Shown here: in pieces, positions 9,791 to 19,230 of the stretch
Position numbering within the stretch: position 1 is the first letter of the stretch
How the letters are laid out: each line of letters opens with the position of its first letter
Source of the DNA: Kiritimatiellia bacterium
Lineage (GTDB): Bacteria > Verrucomicrobiota > Kiritimatiellia > JAAZAB01
Reading direction: 5' to 3'
Length of the DNA: 64,000 bases
Assembly: GCA_040767085.1 (NCBI GenBank)
Contig: JAXGPF010000012.1
Location: 128,001 to 192,000 of the forward strand
Position numbers and translations under genes: made by a program
Notes under the pieces: model-generated
What the model was told of the DNA's origin: nothing
Database searches by the model: none
Seen by the model: the letters and a program-made list of their open reading frames with translations, nothing else

Positions 9791-9896
9791 CACACAAAGG
9801 CGCGAAGCCACGAAGTAAGAATAAACGAGAAAACATGACTGTGTTATTCCGTGATATTTAAACCGTTGCTCCTTTGTGGCTTTGCCCCTTTTTGTG
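9791..9896. repeat. Intergenic imperfect inverted repeat built from ~8-mer subrepeats
   Basis: cacaaag-gcgcgaag-ccacgaag ... ctttgtgg-ctttgccc-ctttttgtg. Confidence 0.6.
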
Positions 9897-9953
9897 TTTC
9901 ACATAACCTTTCGCTCCTGCCACGCAAGGTGGCAGGGGGCGGCTTTCAAAATT
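9884..9953. repeat. Dispersed ~70 bp hairpin repeat, copy 1 (copy 2 at 34841-34910)
   Basis: 41 of the first 50 nt identical to copy 2 by eye. Stem cctgccac-gcaag-gtggcagg. Confidence 0.8.
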
Positions 9954-11382
9954 AACTCATAAGAAAACATGCCAAGCCCTGCAAATGCGCCAGTTTTTGC
10001 ACCCGCGCGCTATGGCGCCCGGGGAGCGCGATCAGGTGGTGCGGTCCGCCCGCCAGGCTGTAGCGGTTGAGGAAGGCCCCGGCCGGCTCATCGAGCTGCA
10101 CCATCCAGTGGGGAATATCCAATCCCGGCAAGGGCTCAATATCGGCGACTTGCGTTTCATAGGTCACGTACTGCAGGACGTTCCCCGGGCCGGCAGTCAG
10201 GGCGGTCAGCGTCACCGGGCCGGGTTCCAGCGTGAACCACATGCCGGCGTAAGGCTGGATGCCGGGCGCCCAGAAATCTTTTTTCACCAGCCGGATTTTG
10301 CGGTCGCGGCGCGCCAGGGCGGGATTGCATTCCTGCATATGGGTCATCAGCAGGCGGTTGCGCCGGTAATCAATGGTGTAGATTTCGGTGAAATTCGCCG
10401 CGCCGGCCAGCGTCCGCAGCAGCGCCATCTGCGCGGCGCGCAGCACATCGCCTTCGCCGGCGTAGCCCAGCCCTTCGGCGATCAGTTTATTGATGCCGGT
10501 GAACGGCAGCGTTCCGATGCCGGGCTGGTCAAGCAAATCCAGGAAATTCATCGTGAAGGCGTCCAGGCGATGATCGGCGACCACCCGGCGCAAGGCGGCT
10601 TCCAGCCGGGCGGAAAGGCGGTGGATCGGCGGGATGACTTCGGGGGCAATTTCAAAGCGATCATGGTCGCGGGCGATCATCCGGTCAATCTCCGGTTCGG
10701 GAACGGCATTTTTCACGGCGATAAAGTCCGGGATGGACAGCGGCACAACCTGGAAGCCCAGAATTTTTTCCAACGCCGCGGCATCATACTGAAAATCATC
10801 CATCCCGGCAAACGGGCGACCCAGCAGCCCGACGCGCCTGATGCGCCCGTGTTGGCAGGCGCGGGCAGCCTGCAGCCATTCCGCCAGCCGCGCCAGCGCC
10901 GCCTGGTCGCGATAATGGCCGGACTCCATCCCGAAGATTTTGCCGTCGCGCAGGAGCACGCTGGTCAGGTCCTGGGTGCCCTGGGTGACGTGGTTCATCA
11001 GGAGATCGTCAAAATCGTAGGATGCGGCGATGGTTTCCGCTTCCTGGGTATTCCAGATGATCAGCGGCAGGCTGGTACGCCGCAGAATGGGCGCGATCAC
11101 GCCGCTGCAGGCGTATGATAGCGGAATCAGCAGGATGGCATCGGCCTGGTTTTTCTCCGCGGCGGCGACTTGCGCCTCCGCCTGGTCTGCTGTGAAGCAC
11201 AAATCGGCGGATACGCAGGCGATGCCGGCGTGTTCCTGGATGGCGGAGCAGAACCGGCCGAGTTGCGCGCGCAGCCGATCCATGTAGCCCGGAAATTTCC
11301 GGCTGTAAAGTTCCAGCGTGAATCCGATAACCGCCGCTTTGGGCGGGAGCGCGGGGTTGAGAGTTGACGGTGTGGTGTTCAT
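9952..11382 (-). CDS. L-arabinose/L-fucose isomerase family protein
   Basis: GYAGEGD, NFTEIY, THMQECNP, GGPHH resemble the AraA-type metal ligand motifs. Confidence 0.8.
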   Translation of the reverse strand: MNTTPSTLNPALPPKAAVIGFTLELYSRKFPGYMDRLRAQLGRFCSAIQEHAGIACVSADLCFTADQAEAQVAAAEKNQADAILLIPLSYACSGVIAPILRRTSLPLIIWNTQEAETIAASYDFDDLLMNHVTQGTQDLTSVLLRDGKIFGMESGHYRDQAALARLAEWLQAARACQHGRIRRVGLLGRPFAGMDDFQYDAAALEKILGFQVVPLSIPDFIAVKNAVPEPEIDRMIARDHDRFEIAPEVIPPIHRLSARLEAALRRVVADHRLDAFTMNFLDLLDQPGIGTLPFTGINKLIAEGLGYAGEGDVLRAAQMALLRTLAGAANFTEIYTIDYRRNRLLMTHMQECNPALARRDRKIRLVKKDFWAPGIQPYAGMWFTLEPGPVTLTALTAGPGNVLQYVTYETQVADIEPLPGLDIPHWMVQLDEPAGAFLNRYSLAGGPHHLIALPGRHSARVQKLAHLQGLACFLMS

Positions 11383-11439
11383 TTAACCTTTATACCAGAC
11401 CTGAAATTAAAAATCCATGCGAAAGCCTGGCGTAGGCAC

Positions 11440-11620
11440 GGCTGCTTCATTCTCGGCGGCTCGCTCCCGCGCCAGCCGGGACAAGCCGGAGGTTTACCCC
11501 GCTTTGAGCGGGGTCTCGCCCCACCCGGGGAATCTGCTGAAGGTAGGGCGAGGTCTCCCTGCGGGCTGCGCTATGCAGGGCAAGCCGTACCGAGCCGTCT
11601 GTTCTGAGAATGACGCAGCC
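11440..11620. repeat. Nested REP-like palindrome with three embedded mini-hairpins
   Basis: Outer IR ggctgcttcattctc/gagaatgacgcagcc; cggctcg/cgagccg; ctcgccccacc/ggtagggcgag. Mini-stems at 11465-11481, 11496-11514 and 11557-11580. Confidence 0.8.
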
Positions 11621-11671
11621 CTGCTGGTGCAGGCGGACGTGCCGCAATCCGGATGCGCGCCATCAGCGGAT

Positions 11672-12571
11672 TTATCGTAGACGTGTCGCGCCGGAGCCTG
11701 GCGCAGGCGGACGGTGGCCGGCGCGGAGATCAGCTTGGGGTTGGCGGACCAGAAACTCGGTGGGCGCGCAGCCAAAATGCCGGTGGAAGACCTTGGAAAA
11801 ATAGTGCGGGTCGTCGAATCCCACGGCGTAGGCTGCCTCGGCCACGGTCTGGCGCCCGTCGGTCAGCCGCATTTTCGCTTTTTGCATGCGCACTTCCGTC
11901 AGGAAGGCAAAGAGGGTGAATTTGGTCTCCTGCCGGAACACGCGGGAGAGGTAATACGGGCTGACTTTCAACGCGGCCGCAATGGCGTCCAGGGAAAGAT
12001 GCTCGGCATAGTGCCGGCCGATATAATTCTTGGCCTGTTCCAGCAGCAGATGCTGGCGGGTGGGCTGGCTGCCGGTGCGGGCGGAATCCGGGATGGGGTT
12101 ATGATTTTGCTGGCGATAAATCAGCATGAGCAGGGTCATGAGACGCGCGCCCGCGATGGCGCGGTCAACCAGCAGGTTGTCCGAGGCGTCCGTGCGCAAG
12201 TCTTCGAGCAGGCGCCGGAGGCTGTGTTCGCGCAGGGGGATGAGGATGGGGCGCAGCGGGCGGCGGAACGCCTTGAAAAAAGCGCGTTCGTGTTCCCATT
12301 CCATGCTGCAGAAGAATACCTCGATATCGTCGCGCGCGTTGATGGCGTCGCGGTGCTTGACACTGGAAGGGATCAGCACCAGGTCGCCGTCCTGGGCGGC
12401 CAGTTCCGCGCGCGCGGAACAGACGGTGATGCGGCCGCGCAGGACATGCAGGATTTCAAACCCGTTGGGATTGTGGACGCGCTGGCTCCAGACCGGATCG
12501 AACATCATCCGCCCGATGATTTTCACCCGCGGGAGACTGGTCCAGGCCCTGGAAGTATCCTGAGTTTGCAT
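11672..12571 (-). CDS. AraC family transcriptional regulator
   Basis: N-terminal cupin (H....EILHV..G...) and C-terminal HTH: SPYYLSRVF, AYAVGFDDPHYFSKVF. Confidence 0.95.
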   Translation of the reverse strand: MQTQDTSRAWTSLPRVKIIGRMMFDPVWSQRVHNPNGFEILHVLRGRITVCSARAELAAQDGDLVLIPSSVKHRDAINARDDIEVFFCSMEWEHERAFFKAFRRPLRPILIPLREHSLRRLLEDLRTDASDNLLVDRAIAGARLMTLLMLIYRQQNHNPIPDSARTGSQPTRQHLLLEQAKNYIGRHYAEHLSLDAIAAALKVSPYYLSRVFRQETKFTLFAFLTEVRMQKAKMRLTDGRQTVAEAAYAVGFDDPHYFSKVFHRHFGCAPTEFLVRQPQADLRAGHRPPAPGSGATRLR

Positions 12572-12696
12572 AGTGTAGCATGGTGCAATAAATTACACCA
12601 AAACGCAATATTTTTCAGTTGGCAAGCGCGCGGCGAAGGAGCATATTAAGCTTGAAAGAATGTTTTGCGCATTGCGCCTGAACAGGGAGCGCGGGT
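12572..12696. promoter_or_regulatory. Divergent promoter region of araC and the GH cluster; candidate AraC direct repeats
   Basis: gcaata repeated at 12585 and 12605 (20 bp period). The region is conserved in a second copy at 20952-21137. Confidence 0.55.
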
Positions 12697-14976
12697 ATGA
12701 TTCTGAAAAAACCGGCTGGTATATTTGCGGGTATGATGACGGCCATGTCCGTTATGGCGGAGGCGGCGTGCATGGACAACCTTATGGCGGATGAACGGGC
12801 GCTGCCGTTTTACACCGGTGAAATCCAACCCGTTCCACAGCAAGCCGTGTACCAGGATGTCTTCATGCCCTTGACGCGCTGTTGCCTGCTGCTGGGCGAC
12901 GGGCTGGAAGCATCTGACCAGCGCGTAAACTTGCTGGCCGAGCGCATCCGCCGTTATGGCGGCCGCGTTGAGATCGTCGCGACGCCGGAGGCGCCCGGCG
13001 ATGTGCTCTTCCTGATCGGCTCCACCGGGCGGCATGCGGAACTGTTGGCAGGGCGGGTCGTTCCCGCCCGCCCGGAAGGCTACTTGATTCACGCCGCCAA
13101 ATCCGCGCAGCGGCATGTTATCTTTCTGCAGGGTCATGATTTTCACGGGTTGCTGTGGGCCATCACGGCTTTTAACCAACTGGTGACAGTCCGCGAGAAT
13201 CAGCCCGTGGCGCGCGGGGCAACCATCCTGGATTACCCCGATGCCCCCGGTCGGCGCGCTTATACGCCTTTCCAGGACGACGACGATGCGACTATGGCCT
13301 GGTTTGGCGTGAATGTTGTGCGGGCGAATTTCATCCAGTACCGGCAGGTGCGGATGCTCTACCGGCAGATGCCGCAACCGTGGGCCAAGGTTGACTGGCG
13401 GATGCCGTTGAGAGACGAAAAGGTGTTCCAGGGATGGGAGTCGCGCATCCGTAAAATTGGCGCTTATCTGAATCCTTTGCGGATTGCCTGGTGCGATGCT
13501 ATGCAGCCGCTGAGTTCCGTGCGGACGGAAGACCTGGTGCGTTCCAAATCCGAGGAAGATATCCATTTGGCCGCCAAGGTCGGCTTGTCGCTGGCGGCTG
13601 CCGGCGGACATCTGATGATCATGTACGATGACTTCCGCTTTCCCATTCATCCCGATGACGTGCGCGATTTCAAGTTTGCGCGCGCCGCGGACGTTTATTT
13701 TTTAAACCGGGTTTATGAGGCGGTTGCCGTCAAATACCCGGAATTCAAAATTTATTTTTGTCCGCCGTTCTATTGGGGCGGCGGAGAAAAAGACGACACC
13801 GCCACCTACGGCGAGTCCCGCGACGAATATCTCAAGGCCATCGGCGCGGGGCTGCCGCCGGCGATTGAAATATTCTGGACCGGTTCGCGCGTCAAATCCA
13901 ATGTGGTGACCCGGGAGCAGGTAGCTTGGATTACGGGTTTGATCAAACGCAAGCCGGTGTTCTGGCAGAATGCCTGCGGCACTTTTCGCGGTGGCAGCCC
14001 GTACTATGCCTATCCCGGCCTGGATCCCATGCGGGCCTGGAAGGATTGGTATTATGACGGTTTTTACAATGACTTGCAGTATTATGCCTACAATGGCGAA
14101 TATGCTTATATCACCATGACTTTGCACGATGCCATGTGGAATACGCAGGCTTATGATCCGGCGGCATCGGGTGTGATGGCGGCCAAAAAACTGACGGGGC
14201 CGGACAATTATCAGAAGCTATTGGAGTTGTACGGCCAATTGGAAAAACTTGATCAGTACGGCTGGTTGACTCCCACGGCCCTGGCCGCCAGAAATATCGG
14301 GGAAGTCCGCGCGCACACCGCCCGCCTGGTTGAATTGTACGAAGCCGCCCCGCCGGTTTTGAAGAGCCGCTGGATGCAATTGCCGGAGTTTGTCCAATGG
14401 AAGCAAAGTTACCTGGTAAAATTGATGAAAAACCCGCAGTTGGAAAAACTGGCGGAAGTTGACAGGCTGGTGCGGGAATTGGCGATTAAGGAAACCGGCC
14501 TGCAGCCGGATGCGCCGGGTTTGATCTTGACGCCTAACGACTTTCAAGCCGGCCGACAGCCGCAATACTACGCCTGGCGGGATGCCGGCCGCAGGCATGT
14601 CATCTGGATCAACGGCGCGCGCTCGGCGGCGCCGGACATGGCAGCAGTTTTTCAGTTGCCCTATGCGCTTGCCGGAGGCTCATCGCTGGCGATCGCGGGG
14701 TTGGACCATAATGCCGCGCCGCCATGCCGCATAAGAATTCTGATGAATGGCAACCAGGTGTTTGCAGGCGCGAATCCTTTCAGGTCCGATCGATGGACGG
14801 TGCAAACTTTTGAAGTCAAGGGAGCCTATCTGCGGGATGGCGCGCCCAACACCCTCAAAATCGAAAACCTGGAAGACGCCGACAGTATGACCAGCGCGCC
14901 CTGGTTTATGCTGAACTACGCGGTATTGCGTCCGGCAGGTTCCGCGGTGGGCATCGCCGCGGAGGAAGGGCGTTGA
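12697..14976 (+). CDS. Secreted GH84-like (beta-N-acetylglucosaminidase-type) glycoside hydrolase
   Basis: GH20-domain-2-like N-terminus (PEGY.I, G.D..GL.W, I.DYP). GH84-like YDDF, FCPPFYW, IFWTG..V, RKPVFWQN. C-terminal beta-sandwich. Confidence 0.7.
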   Translation: MILKKPAGIFAGMMTAMSVMAEAACMDNLMADERALPFYTGEIQPVPQQAVYQDVFMPLTRCCLLLGDGLEASDQRVNLLAERIRRYGGRVEIVATPEAPGDVLFLIGSTGRHAELLAGRVVPARPEGYLIHAAKSAQRHVIFLQGHDFHGLLWAITAFNQLVTVRENQPVARGATILDYPDAPGRRAYTPFQDDDDATMAWFGVNVVRANFIQYRQVRMLYRQMPQPWAKVDWRMPLRDEKVFQGWESRIRKIGAYLNPLRIAWCDAMQPLSSVRTEDLVRSKSEEDIHLAAKVGLSLAAAGGHLMIMYDDFRFPIHPDDVRDFKFARAADVYFLNRVYEAVAVKYPEFKIYFCPPFYWGGGEKDDTATYGESRDEYLKAIGAGLPPAIEIFWTGSRVKSNVVTREQVAWITGLIKRKPVFWQNACGTFRGGSPYYAYPGLDPMRAWKDWYYDGFYNDLQYYAYNGEYAYITMTLHDAMWNTQAYDPAASGVMAAKKLTGPDNYQKLLELYGQLEKLDQYGWLTPTALAARNIGEVRAHTARLVELYEAAPPVLKSRWMQLPEFVQWKQSYLVKLMKNPQLEKLAEVDRLVRELAIKETGLQPDAPGLILTPNDFQAGRQPQYYAWRDAGRRHVIWINGARSAAPDMAAVFQLPYALAGGSSLAIAGLDHNAAPPCRIRILMNGNQVFAGANPFRSDRWTVQTFEVKGAYLRDGAPNTLKIENLEDADSMTSAPWFMLNYAVLRPAGSAVGIAAEEGR

Positions 14977-15021
14977 TGTGTCCGGCTCGCTGCCGGAGTT
15001 GATCCTGTCGTCAAAGTCCGG

Positions 15022-16218
15022 GTGAAAATCATTTTCAAATATTTGCATGGATTAATTGCAGCTGTCCTGGCCGCGCCGCTGCTTGACGCGGGCGCGCAGC
15101 CGTCCGGGGCAATGCGCCTGATGCCCGATTTCCCGGAAATGCTCTGGCTGGCCGCCGGCGATTTGAATGGCGATGGCCGCATGGACCTGGCGGCGGTGGA
15201 ACGCCGGACCCGGCGCGCGCGGGAAATGGATAAAACAGTTTACCACATTGATCATATATTAAACTTGTATGACAATCCCGGCGGCGAGTTTATCCATCAG
15301 CCGGCAATATCCCTGGATTTGCCGGTTGCGCCTTCCGGTTTACTGATTGGCGATTATGATCGCGACGGCAAAAGCGATGTGGCGGTCGGATTGCGGCCGC
15401 GCCGCGAGCTTTTGATTTATCCCGGTGCGGCGGGGTTGACCAATGCGCAGGTTTTGCATTATGGCAATGATTCAGGCGGAGCGTCGCTGGCCGCCGGCCG
15501 TATTTCGCCCGGAGGCGCGGATTTTATGACCGGCGCCGCCTGGCGCAAGTGGCATGACGGCGCGCGGCTCGATGCCGGCTATTTCAGCGGTCCGGAAGAA
15601 AATGACAACCTTATCTCAACGCTGGCCGATTTGAATTGGGATGGATGGGACGATGTGATTTTTACCACCCGCAATCACTGCGTCCGCATATACTACGGGC
15701 CGATTATGCGCATGGGCATCCTGGGGGTAAATGACGCGTTTGGAGTAGTAACCCTGAAGCCGCCGCTGCATACGAATGCGCCCCAGCCGGTTTTACGGCA
15801 GGTTATAACCGCCGATGTCAATGGCGACGGCCAGCTTGATTTGCTGGCGGGCGCGCCCGGGCGCACGCTGGTTTGGCTGCAAAACAATCCGATTGGATTT
15901 ACGGAAAATGCCGAGCCCGCCCTGGTGATGGAAGGTTTGGTGGCTTTACTGGCGGTGGATTTGTCCAGGCAGGGGCATTTGGATGTGGTTTTCCGGTCGG
16001 AGGATGCCCGGGAACTGACGGTATGGCGGCAGGATCAAGACGCACCGTTAACGTCCGGCGGCGCGGCGTCCGGCGCAAAGTATGCGATGCCGCGGGCCAT
16101 CAACGCGGTAGCGGCAGGTGATTTCAATGGCGATGGCGCGCCGGAACTGCTGGCGGGGCTGGCCGGCGGCGGCCTGGCTGTTATGGATTTGCGGCGGAAA
16201 GCCGCGCCTGGAGAATAA
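15022..16218 (+). CDS. Secreted FG-GAP/VCBS repeat protein
   Basis: GDLNGDGRMDL, GDYDRDGKSDV, ADLNWDGWDDV, ADVNGDGQLDL, GDFNGDGAPEL. Confidence 0.9.
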   Translation: MKIIFKYLHGLIAAVLAAPLLDAGAQPSGAMRLMPDFPEMLWLAAGDLNGDGRMDLAAVERRTRRAREMDKTVYHIDHILNLYDNPGGEFIHQPAISLDLPVAPSGLLIGDYDRDGKSDVAVGLRPRRELLIYPGAAGLTNAQVLHYGNDSGGASLAAGRISPGGADFMTGAAWRKWHDGARLDAGYFSGPEENDNLISTLADLNWDGWDDVIFTTRNHCVRIYYGPIMRMGILGVNDAFGVVTLKPPLHTNAPQPVLRQVITADVNGDGQLDLLAGAPGRTLVWLQNNPIGFTENAEPALVMEGLVALLAVDLSRQGHLDVVFRSEDARELTVWRQDQDAPLTSGGAASGAKYAMPRAINAVAAGDFNGDGAPELLAGLAGGGLAVMDLRRKAAPGE

Positions 16219-16222
16219 AAAC

Positions 16223-17650
16223 ATGCCGAAAGAAGATATTGCGGGACTGGTGCGCCATTGGCGGTATACGCCGGATGACAGATATCTTGCCAACCCGCAT
16301 CGCGGTTGTTGCACTTTTCAACGTTTTAACGGCGATCCGCTGTATGACGGCGCTGGCTGGACGGAAGCCGGACCGGTAAACGGCGCCTTGTCGCCGGCGG
16401 CCGGGGCCACGGGGGTGCCCGGGTATTTTGCTCCGGCGGTAACTCCGGGTTTTTTGCCGACAACCGTGGCGTATTGCCGCTGGTTTTGGGAAAAATTGGA
16501 ACCAAGCGAAGGTGTGTATGACTTTTCCATGATTGACAAAGCCCTGGATGCCTGCCGGCAGCGTGGTCAGACGTTGGCGTTGCGCCTGATGCCGTTCGGG
16601 GCGGCCTACGTCGGCCAGGCCGGACTCCCGGACTGGTATATAAAAAAATATCCAACGCAAAAATGGCACGCTACGGACATGTTGGCGCCCGTTTACGATG
16701 CCCCCGGATATTTTGAGCGGTTCGGCGGATTGATCGCCGAATTTGCGCGGCGCTATGACGCGCATCCGCTGCTGGAGACGGTGGACGTGGCGTTTCTCGG
16801 TCCGTGGGGGGAAGGCGACGGCGTTTGTTCGCAGGCGCGCGTAGACCAGTTCGCCGAACTTTACCGGCGCGCATTCCAACATACTCCGCGCCTGGCATTA
16901 ATCGGAGGAGGAGGCGGCGCCGCCGGCCAGGGCGACCAGTTGCGCGCCGGCATTGCGCATGGCAGCGGCTGGCGCGCGGATTGCTTCGGCGACCTGCGGC
17001 AGAAGCATAACCATCCCGCCCCGCTGCATATGATTTGGAATCACATGTACAATTTATACCCCAAAAGGATTTGCGAGGTCGGCGCGCAGGACGCCTGGAA
17101 GACGGCGCCGGTCCATTTCGAGGTCTGCGAAGTGCCCATGGATTGGTATCGGCAGGAGTTTGACATTGATTTCATCATCGAGCAGGGATGGAAATATCAT
17201 ACCACTTATTTCATGCCGAAATCATCGCCGCTGCCGGAAGCATGGATGGACAAGCTGGCTGCTTTTTGCAACAAGCTGGGATATCGCTTTGTCTTCCGCC
17301 AGGCCACTTTGAGCCGGCGCACGGCGCGCGGCGGGAAATTTGTGTTCCGCGCGTGGATTGAAAATACCGGCGCGGCGCCGCTGTATCGGCGATACGATTT
17401 CGCCTTGCGTTTGCAGCAAGGCGATGCGCAGGAAGTGATCGTCTTGGAAGATGTGAATCCCTGCCAATGGTTGCCGGGCGACATCTGGCTGGATCGTGAA
17501 ATTGACTTGCCACGGTCTTTTCAATCCGGGTATATTGAACTGTCGGCCGGTCTGCTGGACAGGCGCACGCATCAGCCTGGTGTTAATTTCGCCGTCAGGG
17601 AAAGATTTGCGGACCGTTGGATGCTGCTGGGCGGAGTAGAGGTTGTCTGA
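16223..17650 (+). CDS. DUF4832-domain putative glycoside hydrolase
   Basis: NPHRG, W..LEP.EG.YDFS.ID, GPWGEG, C-terminal LGYRF and ENTG.APLY. Confidence 0.75.
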   Translation: MPKEDIAGLVRHWRYTPDDRYLANPHRGCCTFQRFNGDPLYDGAGWTEAGPVNGALSPAAGATGVPGYFAPAVTPGFLPTTVAYCRWFWEKLEPSEGVYDFSMIDKALDACRQRGQTLALRLMPFGAAYVGQAGLPDWYIKKYPTQKWHATDMLAPVYDAPGYFERFGGLIAEFARRYDAHPLLETVDVAFLGPWGEGDGVCSQARVDQFAELYRRAFQHTPRLALIGGGGGAAGQGDQLRAGIAHGSGWRADCFGDLRQKHNHPAPLHMIWNHMYNLYPKRICEVGAQDAWKTAPVHFEVCEVPMDWYRQEFDIDFIIEQGWKYHTTYFMPKSSPLPEAWMDKLAAFCNKLGYRFVFRQATLSRRTARGGKFVFRAWIENTGAAPLYRRYDFALRLQQGDAQEVIVLEDVNPCQWLPGDIWLDREIDLPRSFQSGYIELSAGLLDRRTHQPGVNFAVRERFADRWMLLGGVEVV

Positions 17651-17673
17651 TCTAATTTCAAGAGGGGGGGTAT

Positions 17674-19029
17674 ATGAAGTATCTTGGGCTTTTGTGCTTG
17701 GCGCTTGGATTGAGCCTGCCGGCCGCCGGCGCCGGCACCTGGTATGTGGATGATGACCGTCCGGATGATTCCGGCGACGGCGCAAGTTGGGCGTCCGCCA
17801 AGCGCACCATTCAGGCGGCGGCGGACCTGGCGGTTGCCGGCGGCGGATTGGTTCTGGTGACCAACGGCGTCTATCGCGAAGGGGGCAAGGCCGATACGGA
17901 CGGAATCACCAACCGCGTCTACAGCGCCAACGGCGTCACCATTCAGGCGATGAGTACGAATCCGTGGGATACCGTGATTGAAGGCGCCCCGGACCCGGAT
18001 ACGGGCGGGCTCGGGCCGAAGGCGGTCAGGGGATTCAAGGGGCCGCTTTACGGCGGTACGGCCTATTTGATCGGTTTCACGATTTCCAATGGATACACCT
18101 GGGCCAGCGGCGGTATGGATTTCAAGGATCGCCGCGGCGGCGGCGCCAACGGCGGTATTTTGAGCAATTGTGTCGTGACCGGCAATGCCGCGATTGACGG
18201 CGGCGGCGCTGGATATCTGGTTGCCTATAATTGCATCATACAAAATAATACGGCGGTGACCAATGGCGGCGGGTTGTATTACTCGCAGGCGTATGCTTGC
18301 CTGATCAGCAACAACACCGCCGGCGCTGCCGGCGGTGGGCTGAATCAATGCAATGCCGTCGGCAGTGAAATCGTCAATAACGCCGCTATAGCAGGCGGCG
18401 CTATGGCATTAAATTGCAGCGCCACGAATTGTATCATCCGTGGCAACACGGCGTCTTCCTATGGTGCGGTGGCGGGTTATTCACAGGCGACCTGGCATCG
18501 TTTCCATAATTGCCTGATTGTTGAAAACACCGGGCCATATGGCGCCATTTACCAGCGTCTTGGGACGGCTGGCAATGTCGGTACGCTGATCAATTGCACC
18601 ATGGTCAGCAATCGCGCGACCACCGCCGGCCGTTGCGCCGGCTTGGTCGGGTTGAACGGCTTGAACCCGGGGCCGTATTTGATTACCAACAGCATCATCC
18701 GCTACAATTGGAATATCGCCGATGACGTGGAATCCAACTACTGGTTGGCTGCAACCAACAGTTGGGTATCGCATTCATGCCTGGCGCCGGATGTCACGGG
18801 GCAGCTATTTGACATGGGCGGGAATAATGCCGCCGACCCTTTGATAGCAGCCGGGGCGGGATATTGCCTGCAAAATATTTCACCTTGCATCAATGCCGGA
18901 ACCAATCAGCCGTGGATGGACGATGCGGTTGATCTTTTGTTCAACCGGCGGATTGATCGGATCGTCAGGCGGGTGGACATGGGCTGTTATGAATACATGT
19001 TCCCCGGATCGTTTTTCCGTGTGCGATGA
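17674..19029 (+). CDS. Secreted parallel beta-helix protein with choice-of-anchor-Q-like C-terminus
   Basis: Signal peptide, YV...G.SWA.A..TIQ.A, repeated GGG/N-C-x-I-x-x-N, SPCINAG...VDMGCYE. Confidence 0.85.
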   Translation: MKYLGLLCLALGLSLPAAGAGTWYVDDDRPDDSGDGASWASAKRTIQAAADLAVAGGGLVLVTNGVYREGGKADTDGITNRVYSANGVTIQAMSTNPWDTVIEGAPDPDTGGLGPKAVRGFKGPLYGGTAYLIGFTISNGYTWASGGMDFKDRRGGGANGGILSNCVVTGNAAIDGGGAGYLVAYNCIIQNNTAVTNGGGLYYSQAYACLISNNTAGAAGGGLNQCNAVGSEIVNNAAIAGGAMALNCSATNCIIRGNTASSYGAVAGYSQATWHRFHNCLIVENTGPYGAIYQRLGTAGNVGTLINCTMVSNRATTAGRCAGLVGLNGLNPGPYLITNSIIRYNWNIADDVESNYWLAATNSWVSHSCLAPDVTGQLFDMGGNNAADPLIAAGAGYCLQNISPCINAGTNQPWMDDAVDLLFNRRIDRIVRRVDMGCYEYMFPGSFFRVR

Positions 19030-19230
19030 AACCCCGGCCATCCGGGGGATGGTGGTTATGGCATTTCGAAGACTATAACGGCCATATATCATGGTGCGGG
19101 TATCCGACGCGGTGCAGCCGATGCGCCGCAATCGATCGGGTTCCTGCCGTTGGAAGCAAAACCAGCCAGGACAACGGTTTGGACGAATCCAAGGCCGGCG
19201 GCTGCGGGTATGATAGGGTTTGTCGCCGAT

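Noticed and set aside
11417-11680. Small ORFs or a tRNA-like gene in the nested palindrome
   Set aside because: No tRNA D/T-loop consensus or CCA. The ORFs are just open frames through GC-rich repeats.
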